Positions 43,076 to 57,150 of a DNA stretch of 64,000 bases are shown here, one piece after another (the stretch's first letter is position 1; each line of letters begins with the position of its first letter). The stretch is taken from NCBI RefSeq assembly GCF_009914755.1, contig NC_060926.1; one strand, 5' to 3'. The notes below the pieces were generated by a model that searched no databases, was not told the origin of the DNA, and saw nothing but the letters and a program-made list of their open reading frames with translations. Made by a program: the position numbers and the translations under genes. The stretch is from the human T2T-CHM13v2.0 reference genome, Homo sapiens.

Positions 43076-44464
43076 ATGATAATGCAAAATGTTTAGTTTT
43101 GCATTGCACTGACAGATGTAAGTTTAAGGATCAGAATGGATTGCAGGCCTGAAGATGATGTTAGCAAAGATTTACATTAGGACTAGAGGCATTGGCTGGC
43201 AGAGGACCCATGAAAGCAGATCAGAGGCTCCCAGAGCTCCCCTGTTCCTCTTCAGAGAAGAGAGAAAGCTGCTAGGTCTCTGCCATTCATATATAAGTAG
43301 CACATTAAGCACCCAATGGCACTAATCTCATGGAGAGAAGCTTGCAGACCAATGTGTTTTACATACCCACTGACTTCAGGCCCAGGGCCCAGTGCAGTGC
43401 TATCCTGCTCTGTTGAAGGATTTCTGGTTGCCAGCCTCTGAAATTGTGTGTTTAGGGAAATGCAAGATGCTTGGTTCAGTCAAACTGTGGTATGTAAGCT
43501 TGGAGAAATGAGAGATGAGTCTGGGTGGGGAAATTCAGAGAATAGAGGGCCATCAGGACGTGCCTGGGAGGTTGGACTTGGCTCTGTGTGTGACACAACA
43601 TGTCTTCTTGGAGGTTCAATTGATTTTATTTATTTTTGGGTGGGAGTGAGGGATAGGGAGAAACCCAATAATTTAATTGCTAAGTATTATATACCATTAT
43701 TTTTATATTAAACAAACACAGGTACTTTAGGAACTAAAATGTGAAATCTGAATGAATTATTAAAAGATAAAACAGTAGACTACATAGAATTTGTGTCTGC
43801 AGCAGGCTGCATCATGGTACATCTTCAAATCCACAGAGACTCACTCTCCTCAGCTAATTTGACGTACTGTTTTTCACCAGAAACTGAATCTAGGGAGCAG
43901 AGCATGGGAATTTGAGATAGTGAATTGGGGGCCAATCTCCCAACACTTTTTGAAAAAGAGGCTGTGGAAAGGAAAGACTGAGGAAATAACCTGCCATAAT
44001 TTTTAAAAAGCAATTAATGTGCATATAAAATTTGAAAGAACCACATTAGGACCAGGGAATGGTCTTTTTACCATTTTAAAGGGACATGAAATAGACCTCC
44101 TCTGTGGGCTACAAGGTGGAGAAATGAATGGCACAGTTGCTAGATCATCTCAGCCTTCTCTCTGTCGGATCACTCACCAATCTGAGGGCATCATTCATTA
44201 ATTCATTCCACAAATACATCACATCCTTACCATGTGGAAAACCCTCTACTGGACATCATAACTGCAAAGGAGAACAATTTCCTGCACTCCTGGGGCCTAC
44301 AGTTTCCAGATGCTGTGGAGCCAGGAACTGAAGACTTCCTGTGGTTTCTGGAAAGTGTACTGGGGCCCCTTGTGCCACTGCACTCAGATTCTTGTTCAGC
44401 TCAACTAATGTCACTGGTTGGCTTTGGGCATTTGATTGGTTAACCTTTTCCTGCACAGGTGCAG

Positions 44465-44550
44465 GTGTCATTTTTCTGCACAATTACCAGCTTGTTTAGG
44501 GGTTGGGGCTCTGCTATTGATGGAAGAGACATGTTAGTTAAATATTCAGT
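44465..44550 (+). repeat. Local dispersed duplicate B, copy 1
   Basis: 86 bp, 8 mismatches against 45528-45613 by manual alignment. Confidence 0.95.
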
Positions 44551-45527
44551 TTGAGGGTCTGGCTGTATTTGTGACTCTTCACTCGTCTGTACCATTTAGA
44601 TACTACCTACCACCACTGGCCCGGCTCTTCTCAGCAGTGCTGTGGGGTGTGCCAATGCTCATGCAAGGCCTTTATCTTCCACAGCACGTTCTCTTGGGTT
44701 AAGTAGATAATATAAATAATATAAATAATGATCTCAAAATATTATTATGATAACCATCGTACCACTATAATTTTTTTTCTCAGCTGTGAAGCTAATAAAA
44801 CAAGATTAAGAGGTGTCTTTGATTGAGGATCCTGAGGAAAATCTGCCATGAAGTTGAACAAAGCAATTGCCAGGGGGATTTGCACTCAGCCGTCACACAG
44901 CTGGTCAGGGGGATCACAGTGCTAAGTGGGGTGTGCAGCACGTCCCGGTGGTGTGTGCTCCTGGGCACCGCCTGCAGGATGACCCAGGAGCTGGGATTGT
45001 GCCTTGTGGTTTGGGTACAGAATCATCCCATGTTCTAAGTAAACTTCAGTTAGTGAGGCGTGCAGGGCCACCTTTCGTACATGAGACGGTGTCCTCACCA
45101 ACCACCCTTTCTCCAAGGAACAGGGGCTCTGGTGGGTCCTGAAGAGGAGAAGGTGAATGGCACCGTCCCTAGGAATAGTGGGCTGAGGATGCTGCTCTTT
45201 GCCCCGGAGATCTTCTTTCCACTTGCTCACAGCCCACCCAGAGGTAACAGTCTTGGAGGGCAGCTGTGTGTCAGCCCTTCTTCCATGCCCTGTACCTATA
45301 CTAGCTCACTTAGTCCTCATGAAAACCCAAGGAGGCAGGTGCTATTTTAATCACCTTCTTACAGTTAAAGAAAGGGAGGCACAGAGAGGTGAAGTAACTT
45401 ACCCAGAGTCACATAGATCTTGAGTGGTCAGAAACCTGAGAATTAAATGCAGAGCCTGCTCTCAAAATTGTGACAATGAAGTAGCTGTCAATGTGCTTTC
45501 ATTTTGACCTTTTGTTTTTTGAGGAAT

Positions 45528-45613
45528 GTGTCATTTTCCTGCACAATTGCCAGCTTGTTTGGGGGTTGGGGCTCTACTATTAATGGAAAAGACATGTTAG
45601 TTAAACATTCTGT
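45528..45613 (+). repeat. Local dispersed duplicate B, copy 2
   Basis: gtgtcattttcctgcacaattgccagcttgtttgggggttggggctctactattaatggaaaagacatgttagttaaacattctgt matches 44465-44550. Confidence 0.95.
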
Positions 45614-45911
45614 CTGTTTATCTATCTGTCATCTATCTGTCTGATCATCTGTCTAATCATTTATTCAGAGTATACTGAGTGGGCAGGCTCATGTCAGGTA
45701 GTGGGAAACCATAGCCTTTGGGATCAGAGACACCTGAATTTACAGCCCAATTTCCATTAGGTGACCTTAAATAAACCAATCTCCATGAACCATAGTTTCC
45801 TAATATAAGAAATGGAGACTAAAATACCGATTTTTGATTTTATTTTTTAATTAATTAATTAATTTTAAAATGGACAATAACATTGTATATATTTATGGCA
45901 TACAACATGAT

Positions 45912-46222
45912 TTATTTCTTTTTCTCTTTTTTTTTTGAGATGGAGTTTTACTCTTGTTGCCCAGGTTGGAGTACAATGATGTGATCTCGGCTCACTGCAA
46001 CCTCCATGCCTCCCGGGTTCAAGAGATTCTCCTGCCTCAGCCTCCCGAGTAGCTGGGATTACAGGCACCTGCCACCACACCTGGCTGATTTTTTGTATTT
46101 TTAGTAGAGATGGGGTTTCACCATGGCGGCCAGGCTGGTCTCAAACTCCTGACCTCAGGTGATCCATCCTCTTTGGCCTCCCAAAGTGCTGGGAAAACAG
46201 GCGTGAGCCACCATGTCCGGCC
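45912..46222 (-). mobile_element. AluS (Sq/Sp-like) SINE nested in a short L1 3' stub within a MIR
   Basis: Poly-T then gagatggagttttactcttgttgcccagg...ccggcc. TSD acaacatgat (45902-45911) / acaatatgat (46223-46232). Confidence 0.95.
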
Positions 46223-46561
46223 ACAATATGATGTTTTGATATATGCACGATACCTACTTTCATTGCAGGGATATTATGGAATGAGAAATAATAGTCTTAA
46301 CATATCTAGTGCAGAGTGAATGCCTGATGAATGTTAACTCTGTGTGGAGGAGAGTACAGAAAAAGTAGACAGCTTACTCTCTGCTCTCACTGCTTATGTT
46401 TGAGTACAATTTGCCATCTACTGCACTTACCAAAGCATAATAAACATGAGTCACCTACTGTCCTGACTGTTATTACAGAAAGGGCAGTGAACATAAAAGG
46501 ACAACAGAGGAGCACCCTTGAGCTCTGCTGCTCCTGGGGAATGGGTCTCACACCATGAATA

Positions 46562-46950
46562 TGTTAGTCAGGCTGGGCTAGGTTGTGATATAGTAACAAG
46601 CAATTCCCAAATCGCCAAGGCTTAACATAATAAGCCTTTATTTACCTCCCACTTTGCATGTGCAATATGTCTGATAGAAGGCCCTGCTCCACACAGTCTC
46701 CTGAGGATCCAGGCTGATGGAGATTCCACCATCATACAGCTGCACCATCTAAGATACACGGGCTTCTTGCTAGAATGCTTGGGGTAGGAGGAGAACGCTG
46801 GAGGGTCTTGCATCAGGGGTTAAATGCTTTAGGCTGGAAGCAACACAGGTCACTTCAGCTCACATCTTGCAAGCTTGCATGGTCTTGCCTAACTGTAAAT
46901 CCTTCCTCTTGCCTAGAGGGAGAAGAGAAGTGGATTTTGGTGATTACTCC
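46562..46950 (-). mobile_element. MLT1K/L-like MaLR LTR
   Basis: tgttagtcaggctgggctaggttgtgatatagtaacaagcaattcccaaatc..ggcttaacataataag..ggatccaggctgatggag. Confidence 0.72.
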
Positions 46951-47199
46951 AAGATCCTCCTCAGGTATAATCCTGTTTCTGTTTGGTTGGCCATGTCTTT
47001 GCAGCTCAAATCCCAATGAGAAAGGGCTGTCTTTCTGCTAAAAAATATTTAAAACTCTTCTTTTTTTCACTGTAAAGAGGCGGAGAGTCCCAGATAGGCC
47101 CATGACACAAAGCACTCAATTCAAACCGTAGAAAGTCTTTCGGTTGGGGCTTCTCTGGGTTCAGGTGTTGAGAGAGGGTTGGGCCAAGGGAGCAGTCTG

Positions 47200-47360
47200 C
47201 CCCACCTTCTTACAGGGGATGGCTTTAGCCAGGCTGCTCTGGCTTCTTTCAGTACAAGAGTATTGGTTTGTTCAATAACGGAAGATTGGAGGTTAGGGCT
47301 TTAGTGGTTAGAAAACAAAGAACACCTGGATTGTCTTGTGGGCCCAGCGCCATTGCATGG
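47200..47360 (+). repeat. Local dispersed duplicate C, copy 1
   Basis: Core 47285-47330 matches 49367-49412 at 41/46 nt. Weaker homology extends on both sides. Confidence 0.8.
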
Positions 47361-47731
47361 ATACATTCGGCCTCCGACAAGATTTTGAAGACATGAACAT
47401 TGTCATAAATATTACTTGCAAAAGTAAGGAGCGCCCCAAGCAGTCCACATTTTCTTTGAGAACTAATCATAATGGTATTAGTCATGGTGATTTTGAAGCT
47501 TTTGGGGGATGTACTTTTGCATTGAGCTGTCTCTCCTTTGGGGCCCACATGCCTGCTGCTCTGATGGAAGAAGATGGGAATGATATTCCTTTCAGCTGCA
47601 GTTTCCTCACCAGTAAAATGAGGATAATGATAACCCTGATCTGACAGGGTTGTCATAGCGTTAAATGAAATAACACTTGTGAAGAGACCCAGTGCTACAC
47701 CCAGTCCTGGCTGATTAAATGCCAGGTATTA

Positions 47732-48286
<555 letters not shown>

Positions 48287-48889
48287 TTATCAGAACCACT
48301 TAAGCCATCTCTCTTCCACCCACACCGTCAGCGAGGGGATTGGGAAGTCCAGTTCACGGGACGGGAGAGAACATGTTGGAGAGTGACAGTCACTGCCCAC
48401 AGAGCCAGCAAGTCATGCCGGAGGTGGAAAACTAGAAAAGAGGCAGGAAAGGGGGCAGAAAATGAGTTTCCACCAGGAAGTAGTTTCATTCTGAAGAATT
48501 TAACAAATTTACAAAACAGATTCTGTTGAAATGCAGAAGTAAGTCAGCACTTGGCTGGCCACCCAGGCCCTGTGAGGGAGAGATAACACAGGCATTTATC
48601 TAAAGACCCTTTTACACACGCACACAGGACGAATTTTTCTAGCTAATTAGAAATGTAGTTTTACCACCAGCACTTCCCATCTCTTATCAATCTCTGTGGC
48701 CGACAACCACTTGATGGAGGTAAATTTTTCAGTTTTGATGGTGTTTGGGTAATTCATGGGCCTCAAAATCAGAAAGTTATTGGGATAGAAAAGACCTTGA
48801 CAAGTCATTTAGTCAGTAGCCTGCCTTTGCCCACAGGCTGTTCCTGGGGGCACATATATGCCACATTGTAATAATGACATCAATCTTTC

Positions 48890-49950
48890 CATTGACTCAT
48901 TTATTCAACAATGTGTTGAGCAATAATAAAAATAAATAAATTTATTAAGTATTTACCTATACACCAGATACCATGCTATGTGCTCTCCATTAATTTTCTC
49001 ATTTTATAATAATAACTCCCCGAGGGATAAACTTTCACTATTCTTTTATATAGATGAGGCGTTGGAAGGTTGAGCTCTAGCTGTGAATAGGACACAGCCC
49101 TGCCCTCAAAGAACTTGCAACCAGATAAACAGTGGGATAAGCAAGGCAGCAGTGAGACTGTGTTATGGAGCTATTAGGAGGGCAACTTAGCCCAGTGTCG
49201 GGAAGTCAAGGCAGGCTTCCTGCAAGAGGTGATATTTGGACTGAGACCTGAGTTGTTAGCCATGCAAAAGCCCTGCCCTTCTTCCCTTATAGGGTGTGGC
49301 TTCAACCAGACTTTTCTGGCTTATACTGGTATGCTGCACCAATAATGGTTGGTGCACTAATGGCAAATTGGAGGTTAAGGCTTTAGAGGTTAGAAAACCA
49401 GGAGCACCTGGACCATTTCACAGCCCACCTCAGTACATCAGTTAGCAGTCCTGGAGTTTGTTCTCTGAGTACAGTAGGAGCAAACACCAGGAGGACGTGG
49501 TGCCTTCGGTGGAGCACTGAAGGAGTACCTGGCTCAGAGTGGGTGGGAGCAAGTGGAGTGAGGGAAGCAGAGGGTGGGAGAGAGGCAGGCCCAGGTTCTG
49601 AAAAACCTTAGAAGCCTAGTTAAAAGGTTGGACTCTATTCTGAAGGTAGTTGGGGTCCACGGAAGGGTTTTCAACATAATAGAGGTGTCGGCTTTGCATT
49701 TCGGAAACATCGCTTTGGCTGCAATAAGGAGAGTGGATTGAATAGGGAAAGCTGAGAGTCAGGGAGGCTGAATTAGGAGGCCAGTCCATGATGCAGGCAG
49801 ATGGAAGATGATGGAGGTCTGTGAGATTGAGAAGTGATGACTCAGGGAGGTATTGACGGTGAGGGGCTGACCAGGGGAGGTGAGTGGACAGGAGTGAAGG
49901 GCCACCCAGGTTTCTGGCTTGGATTCCCGCGTAAATGGTGGTGGCATCTG
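48890..49950 (-). mobile_element. L2 relic interrupted by a MIR fragment and by duplicate C copy 2
   Basis: actcatttattcaacaatgtgttgagc start; gtcaaggcaggcttcctgcaagaggtgatatttggactgagacctga; cccaggtttctggcttggattcc. Confidence 0.75.
49275..49445 (+). repeat. Local dispersed duplicate C, copy 2 (inside L2)
   Basis: cttatagggtgtggcttcaaccag...attggaggttaaggctttagaggttagaaaaccaggagcacctgga is homologous to 47200-47360. Confidence 0.8.
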
Positions 49951-52547
49951 TTAGGGTAAAAAAACAGCACCTTGTAGCTGGCATATTAAGTAAGCAGAAA
50001 TAATGGGGTATAATAGTGAAAGGAACTTTATTTTTCTCCCACTGTTCCTTTCAGTCTGCTAAGTGGAGATGGAAATTGGGTGGGTCTCATGGCTTTTGTG
50101 GTCTCTTAGGTGACACCAGGCTCTTAGTCACTTTAAGTCACAAAACCTGCCTCAATTAGCTAGAGTATCCAGGCCAGTATGGGGATGAGTGCTCCCCTCC
50201 TCATTCAAGGGTGAGGTCTCCCCTCCACCCAGCTGGGGCTGGTGGCAGGTAGAATATTTGCTTTTCGGGAATGGGTATGGTCAGTGCCTCTCTGTCCCTA
50301 GCTCACATCCTCACCCACTCTCTGGCTGCTGTGTGTGATCCCACCAGCATAGAAGTGGGGGTGGAGGTGAGGGATAAGGCATGAGGAAGTCCATAGTCCA
50401 CTAATGCTGGAGGGAGATGGCTCTGCCCTCTCTCAGCCAGGCAGACCATCTCTTATGGGCACTTTTATGAATTCGCTGGTGGCTTCCCCGGGCTCCTCTT
50501 TCATGGGAAATGCTTCTCTTTCAAGAGGATGCTCCCAGTCAGTCTCTTCTCAGCCTCTGCTTCTGCCTGTCCAGCCTTCTGTGTCTCCATGCTGAGGCCC
50601 CTCCTTGGCAGAACCCATTTTGGGACAACCCTGGGTCAACATTTCTATCATGATTCAACTCTGGCTCACAGGCTTAATTCCCAGACATGGGGCTGAACTC
50701 TGGACCACAGTCAGTTTTGGCTTTCCAGGGCCAAGTCAGGCTGAATTTGTGGTGTACTCCATCATAAGGAGCATACATCAAAGCCTCTCCTCTGTTGGGA
50801 TTAAAGGGCAACACCTGTCCATCCCTCCTCTATGTGGGTGGGATGGGACTCCCAGCTCCCGGTGACTGTATCTAATGAACTATTCATTCAAAAAGAAATC
50901 TCTTAATGTGCACTTGTTGGTTCTTTCATATCTTCATTGACAACTGGTCATTTAACTGGTTTCATCACCAAGTTTGAAGTTTTTGGATCTGGTATCTACT
51001 ATAGGTCGACATCTCCTTTGAAGCTTTTAATGTAATGCTCTTTTCATTATACTTTCAATCTTTCCCATCCACCTTTTCTATTTGGGGCTTATTCCTGCGC
51101 TGTGAGGTGGATAGGAAGGCATTTTTGTCTCCATATTTCAGATGAGCAGCTGGAGGAACAAGGAGATTCAGTGATTGAATATGGTTCTTCAGAGTTATTT
51201 AACAAAGGGGTGTGGAACTGAGCCATGAGGGCCAGGCTCAGCAGCGTTGGCTGCCTCCGGACAGGGGCCATTGCCATGACCCTACTGAGCAGTGCTCTAC
51301 TGTGAGCCTTTTTGGAGGGCGTCTCAGGGTACTGATGTCACCCAGGCTGGGGCTGACCTAAAGGCAGATTTGAAACAAGAGCTCCCCCAGGCTCTGACAT
51401 GTGTCTTCAGCTAGGAAAAGTCAGGAGGGCAGCATGGAGAGTGAGGAAAGTCCTTTTCCCTCAGTTTTTGCCCCAGTTTTCTCATCTGTTAAACAAGAGT
51501 AACAATATCTTTCTCATAGTGTTGTCACAAGGACTATGTCAGCTAATATCTATTAAATTCCAGCCTACTGCTTGCCATAGAGCAACTGATAAATAGTAAA
51601 CACTGTCCTTACCTTAAGCCGAGACTGTGGTTACTAAAAGAGGTGAACGTGGACCCCCATGAAGGAGGGGGTCAAAGAAGGAGAGGATTAGTGGGATCTT
51701 CTATCAGAACTGGAAGCAAAAGGCAGAAGTCTCAAGTCCCCAGCTCTCTGTTGGTGGCTTTTGTGATCTGTCTTCTTTTCATATTTAGTGCTCTGGTTTG
51801 TTTTTGGGAATAGCCAGGGAACCAGGAGGAGACCTACAGGGTGATCTCTGCATGCCTGGGGGATGACAACCCCAGGGGCAGAGTGGATGGAGGCAGTGAC
51901 AAAGACCAAAAGGAGAAAATAGGCCAAGTTTCTTGGTCCCCATCAAAAGAAGACAGCTGAGGATACCGCCCCGAGAAGAGGGAAACCCTGAAGGCTGAGA
52001 AGCAGAAACCCTGTGTGCAAGGGGGCACTGCCCCAGGGCCTGACTTGAGCATGAAATTCCTTTTTCATTGGAATCCCGTCACTGCTGGGTTTACCTGAAC
52101 TGATAGGATTGGGGTCTTGTCCCAGCAGAGTGTTGTAGGTGTGCATGTGTGTGCTCACGTGTGTGCACACATGCTTAGCATAAGACAGGTGGGAAGAGGT
52201 GAAGAAGCACAAAATGTAACAATCCTTTATTTTAGCTGCAATGCTTTCTGCTTGTATTTTCTCTTCTAAAAATGATGTTTTTGTTAGAAATAGCAATGGA
52301 GCAATCCCAATTAATGGGAAAACACCATTGGGACTTTTTCTCATGGAAACTTTTTGAGCTGACTAGTTACTATGTTTGTATTAGCAAAATCCATATGGCT
52401 CCTGTGTAAGGAAATGGGTGGATTTGTGTGCTGAGGTGAGGGTGGGGGATCATCTTACGGCAGGCTCCACCCTACAAAGTGTGTCAAGGCTTTGTTTTCG
52501 TACCCAGTAGGGCTGGTAGAATTGATTGATTGACTGATGGTGCCTGT

Positions 52548-52720
52548 GATTAGGTCTCCAACTTAAGCATGTATCAGTATCACCTGGAGGGGTTGTTCAC
52601 ACACAGATTGCTGGGCCCCAGGCCCAGGGTTTCTGACTCAGTAGGTCTGGAATTGGGCCAGATAATTTTCTAAGCCATACTAATCTCACTGGTTCGAGGA
52701 TTGCACTTTGAGAATCCCTG
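52548..52720. mobile_element. MER5A (hAT-Charlie) DNA transposon
   Basis: atcagtatcacctggagggg..cacagattgctgggcccc..gtttctgactcagtaggtctgg..cactttgagaatccctg. Confidence 0.85.
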
Positions 52721-53389
52721 GGCCTGTGGATAATTATAATAAAACCCAGTGACATTTCTTTTAGGCCCCCAGTTTACTGTTAGAGGTTTAGGGTTTTACA
52801 CCGTTAAAAGGAAAACTACATCAGCTTTATTAACCCGGGCAAGTTCCAGAAACCACAAAGCAAAGCTCAGGGCCACCCTAGATTAGAGAATATAGTCTAG
52901 GGTTGAGCAAAGTGTAGCTCCCACATCCCATCTGAATCTGGCCTTTCAGTAAATGGGGTGGGACCGAGCTGGGATTTGGATGCAGGCAGAGACCGTGAGT
53001 TTAACCACTAGGCGGTGTTGTCTAATAGCGAGTGCTAATCTGGTTGTGGAGTCCAGACTCTCTGTGAGCCATGCCAGGCACCCAGAGGCAGAATTGCAGA
53101 ACCCTAAAGGCAGGTTCCTGTCTCACCCTCCACATTTATCCTCAGAGTGGCCCTTCTAGTGCTTCCTCCTGCCAGGTATGCATGCATCTGGGCTTACCTT
53201 CTACATGTGCACCTGACCGTCACCCTGCTCTTCCCCTGGGCCTGCAGCTGGGAGAGGAGGTGGACTACCCCTTCCTTTTATCTGATCTTCTTGCCCATCG
53301 GCTGGTTGGATCAGTATCCTTGGGGTCTGCAGAGCAAACACAGCTGCCTCTCTCCTCCCATGTCTCTCTGGCTCGGACACTTACTGGTC

Positions 53390-53535
53390 ACACATCTTTT
53401 GCTGTCAGGTGACATGATGGAGTTCAACCTTGATTTCCTCATCTGTGAAATGGGAATAATAATAATGCCATCTGCTGAAGGTGCTGTGAGAACTAAATCA
53501 GTAACTGTGTGTGAAGCCCTTAGACAAATGCCCAA
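53390..53535 (+). mobile_element. MIR SINE fragment
   Basis: tttcctcatctgtgaaatgggaataataataatgcc..gctgtgagaactaaat. Confidence 0.75.
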
Positions 53536-53984
53536 CAAGGAGTACATTTGGGAAAAGGCCCATGTCTTTATGATTACTCTTCTAATGGAGAAGAGCAAAT
53601 TGAGGTGAGGAGAGAGAGTGCTTCCCCACATGGGAAGAGGGGCCAGAAACTGCCTTCTTTATGGATAAGATTGTGAGTTGAGGGCAAAGTCCCCTCCTTC
53701 CCATCAATGTTAGCATGGTAGTGATTATTAGGTCTAAATAACATATTTATTGGCACCTACAACAGCATCTCTTATATATACACACTCAGTGAACACACAT
53801 GGTTATGATAAATGAGATATTCAAAGTGTCTTCACATCTACTGTCACATCAGATCCTCGTGGCAAGCCTGGCTGATGTGTTGGGTGGATATTATGAGGCC
53901 GTTTTCTTGTGCAACTTGTAAATGAACCCATGTCGGAAAAAAGAAGGAGAATCCTTCATCTATTGTCTACTACACAGCATTCAC

Positions 53985-54165
53985 CATGCTAGCTGTGGCT
54001 TTTTAATTATCGCAATACCACCATTAGGTGGATACTGCTGTTCTCATGTTACAGCAGATGCAATGACATCTCAAAGAGGTTAAGTGACTTGCCTATAGTC
54101 ACATAGCTGATAAGTGATGGGGTCAGAGTTTGAACCCAGCCCCATTGCCTGTATAGCCAAGGCTG
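53985..54165 (-). mobile_element. MIR SINE fragment
   Basis: catgttacagcagatg..agaggttaagtgacttgcctatagtcacatagctgataagtgatggggtcagagtttgaacccag. Confidence 0.78.
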
Positions 54166-57150
54166 TTCCCCAAGCAGGTGTTGCCCTGTAGGACAGTAGC
54201 AACCAATGAGGTCTGCAAATGATAGTGACAATTTTATCCTTGGAGTAAGTGCACCACTTTCTCATGTTACCTTTATGAGTGGAATAGCCCTCAATTTAAT
54301 GGTTTCTGGTTGGGATCTCAAAAAGTCTTTCACATGATTTTGGGTCTGGCCTCATACATATACTTGAAAGTCTCTGTTATGGGCAAACATCTGGAGACAT
54401 AAAATGATGCTCGATTTACTTAAAAATTACTGAGCCGGCTACTGGCAGCTGTAGACTTGAACTCAGTCTCCCTGAGGCTGGACCAGGCACTCTTTGGGCC
54501 ACACTGTCGTATAGGAAGTAGTCAGGGTGTTCTGTTCTTTCCTGCATTCCCAGATTCAGGGTGGGTGCAGCGTTTGGATGCACTGGTAATATTTTCATGC
54601 TGTTTCTGCTAAAGGTCAAATTGACAATGCTGCTCTGGCCATTTCTGGAGTCTCTGGTGAGTTATTTATGCTTTCATTAGCATGTCAATGTACACAGCAC
54701 ACATACCATTTACACACGCAGAGATGAGATCTATGCATTTGAAGAATGTTTATGGCCATAGCCTCTCTGTTATTTTACAAAAAACTCCAGGAAATATGGT
54801 GTTTTTCTCAGAATGCCAATATAAAAGTTGATATAAAGATTGGTGATGTGTAAGCTTTGACATTACATAAATATATGTAGGCGTTGTAAAAGTTAACAAC
54901 CGTTTTATTTATAATTATACTGCAGATTGATATTTTTATATCCATATTGTCGATGGTAACCTTTCTATCTTCACTTCAGTCTGGGCCCAAGAATGTTTAT
55001 ATTAGACTTTTATGTCTGTGTTTCCTTCTGTAACATCAGGGCACATGCTGGCTTTCTTCAGTCACAGGAGTATTAGTGTCACCCATCCATCCTCCCAGGA
55101 AAAAAATTCTTGTCCCATTGGTCTCGTAATTCATGGTATTATGGTGCACAGTTTGATATCCCTTCATTGCCATGTAACTACAAACTGTGCTTTCTCCTTC
55201 CCCTACATTCTCATCATAATATTTCTGGATTGCCACATCTGTCTTGCAAGATAGAAAAGTTATATTTGGTTGAAATTTGAGCCACTGGATTGAGAAACGC
55301 TTGTTATCTGACTCCTCCAGGTTTACAAGAATGTGGATCCAAACTCTCCTTCTTGCATACGGATGAGGAAGATAGCACGTTTTTATCCTCCGCTTAGCTC
55401 TGCTCTAAGGGGGAAAAATGCCCTGTCTTAAATATTTGATCCTCTTTACAAAAGATTCCCTACTGAACAGACAGCTATAGTATTTTTAACTGGCGAAAAC
55501 CACTCTGGTGTCACTTTTAAAGTAGAAAAGGAAAAGCAATATTCACACAATATGGAGAACTATTGACCCCAGAATAGTGCCATTTTCTTTCTTGATGGGT
55601 TCAAATTAAACAAAACCTAGACATTTTGCTCCACGTAGAGGCATCTCAGTGCAGGCCAGCTTGTAGATTCTGCACCAGGCTCTGCAGGTTACTAGCGATA
55701 TAACCTCCCTGAGCCTCAGGTTCCTTGTTAGTCAAAGATAGCATTGAAAGTTACTCCCAGTCTAGCCCATAAGATCATGCATGCCAAAATTTGGTACAGG
55801 TGCAATGCATGCTTGTTTTTTCACAAAAAAGGGGATCAACTGACTGATATTTATTTGACTAAATTCAATCACTTGGTCACTCATTCAACACATTTAATTT
55901 GTGAAACTAAGACTTAAAGCTCTGTCTAAACAATGCTGTCAGATGCAAGCACGTGGTAAACCCATGCTGGTTGTGGTGGGTGCAATGTTTCTGATGTGTG
56001 GGCTTAATTTTCATGCCACACCTTGAACTAGCCAAAGGTTTTCCGTTAGAGAGGTTGGGTGGGCCTTCTGGGACATGGAGATATTCCACCATCTCCTGAC
56101 TTGAATGAGAACAATGGAGCCCTGGAGGGGGTGTCTGACTCAGAGGTCCTCTTTGTTTTTCTCCCACCTGCACTTCTTACGGTAGTGTTAGTGCTGGGGG
56201 AAATAACCACTCTTTCAGGACACAGGCACACACATTTACTTGAGCTAACTATGAGTCAGGCACTTTGTATACACTCATGAATATTTCATGGTATTTTCTC
56301 CACATGTCAGATAATCATCAGGGATTAGAACCATGACAGAGAGCAGGGCAAAGTCCCTGACCCAAGGAACTTGCAGGGTAGTGGCATCTCCTGACAAGCC
56401 CTCCAGGAAGTATTAATATCTCTATTTTCCCAACGAGAAGAATGAGGTTTGGATTTGTAAAGGGGCCTAGCCTAATACTGATGTCACCTGGAAAGTGTGT
56501 GGAAGAACCAGACTCTAGTCCCAAAGTCCCTCCACTTTCCCCTATATTCTGCTCCTTTCCCAACCTGTGCTGGGCTGGTGCTGAGTCAAACAGCTTGTGA
56601 TAACCATTCAAGTGATAACCAAACCAACAAGCAAAGTGGTGGGATGCCTCTGAGCCCAAGGGGACACCACTAGAAGAGTGAGCTAGTGACCAGATGCTAG
56701 CTGTGGGCTGGAGGGAGTGAAGGCCAGGTAACCGTTGTGGTCCTGGAAGAAGGTGGTGCAGGTGGACTGTCCTCGATGTGGCCACAGATGACATAGGCAT
56801 TAATTATTTCTTGCATTTAACCTCAGTGCATAAGGGTGGGGTCCAAGTGTTTGGGTGAGAGTTCAACCAAGGAGGTAGGGCTCACCCACTGAAAGTCATC
56901 CAGGTCTTTCATTCATGGGCCATCTGATGAAAGAAGTGAGACATGTTTTTAAAAAATTGTTTATATTGCAGCAAGCATTTGAGCTGTCTGAAGGAAATGA
57001 TTGGTCTGACTTCTATCTACTTCTCTGCATCATTGTTTGCCAAACATCTACATTTGTACCCTGGGGCAGCCATTGATAATCATTCCAAAATCTTGCCCTG
57101 TTTTATGCGTCTTGGCTTATAGACTTGCACCTTTTACTTTGGTCTGCATC

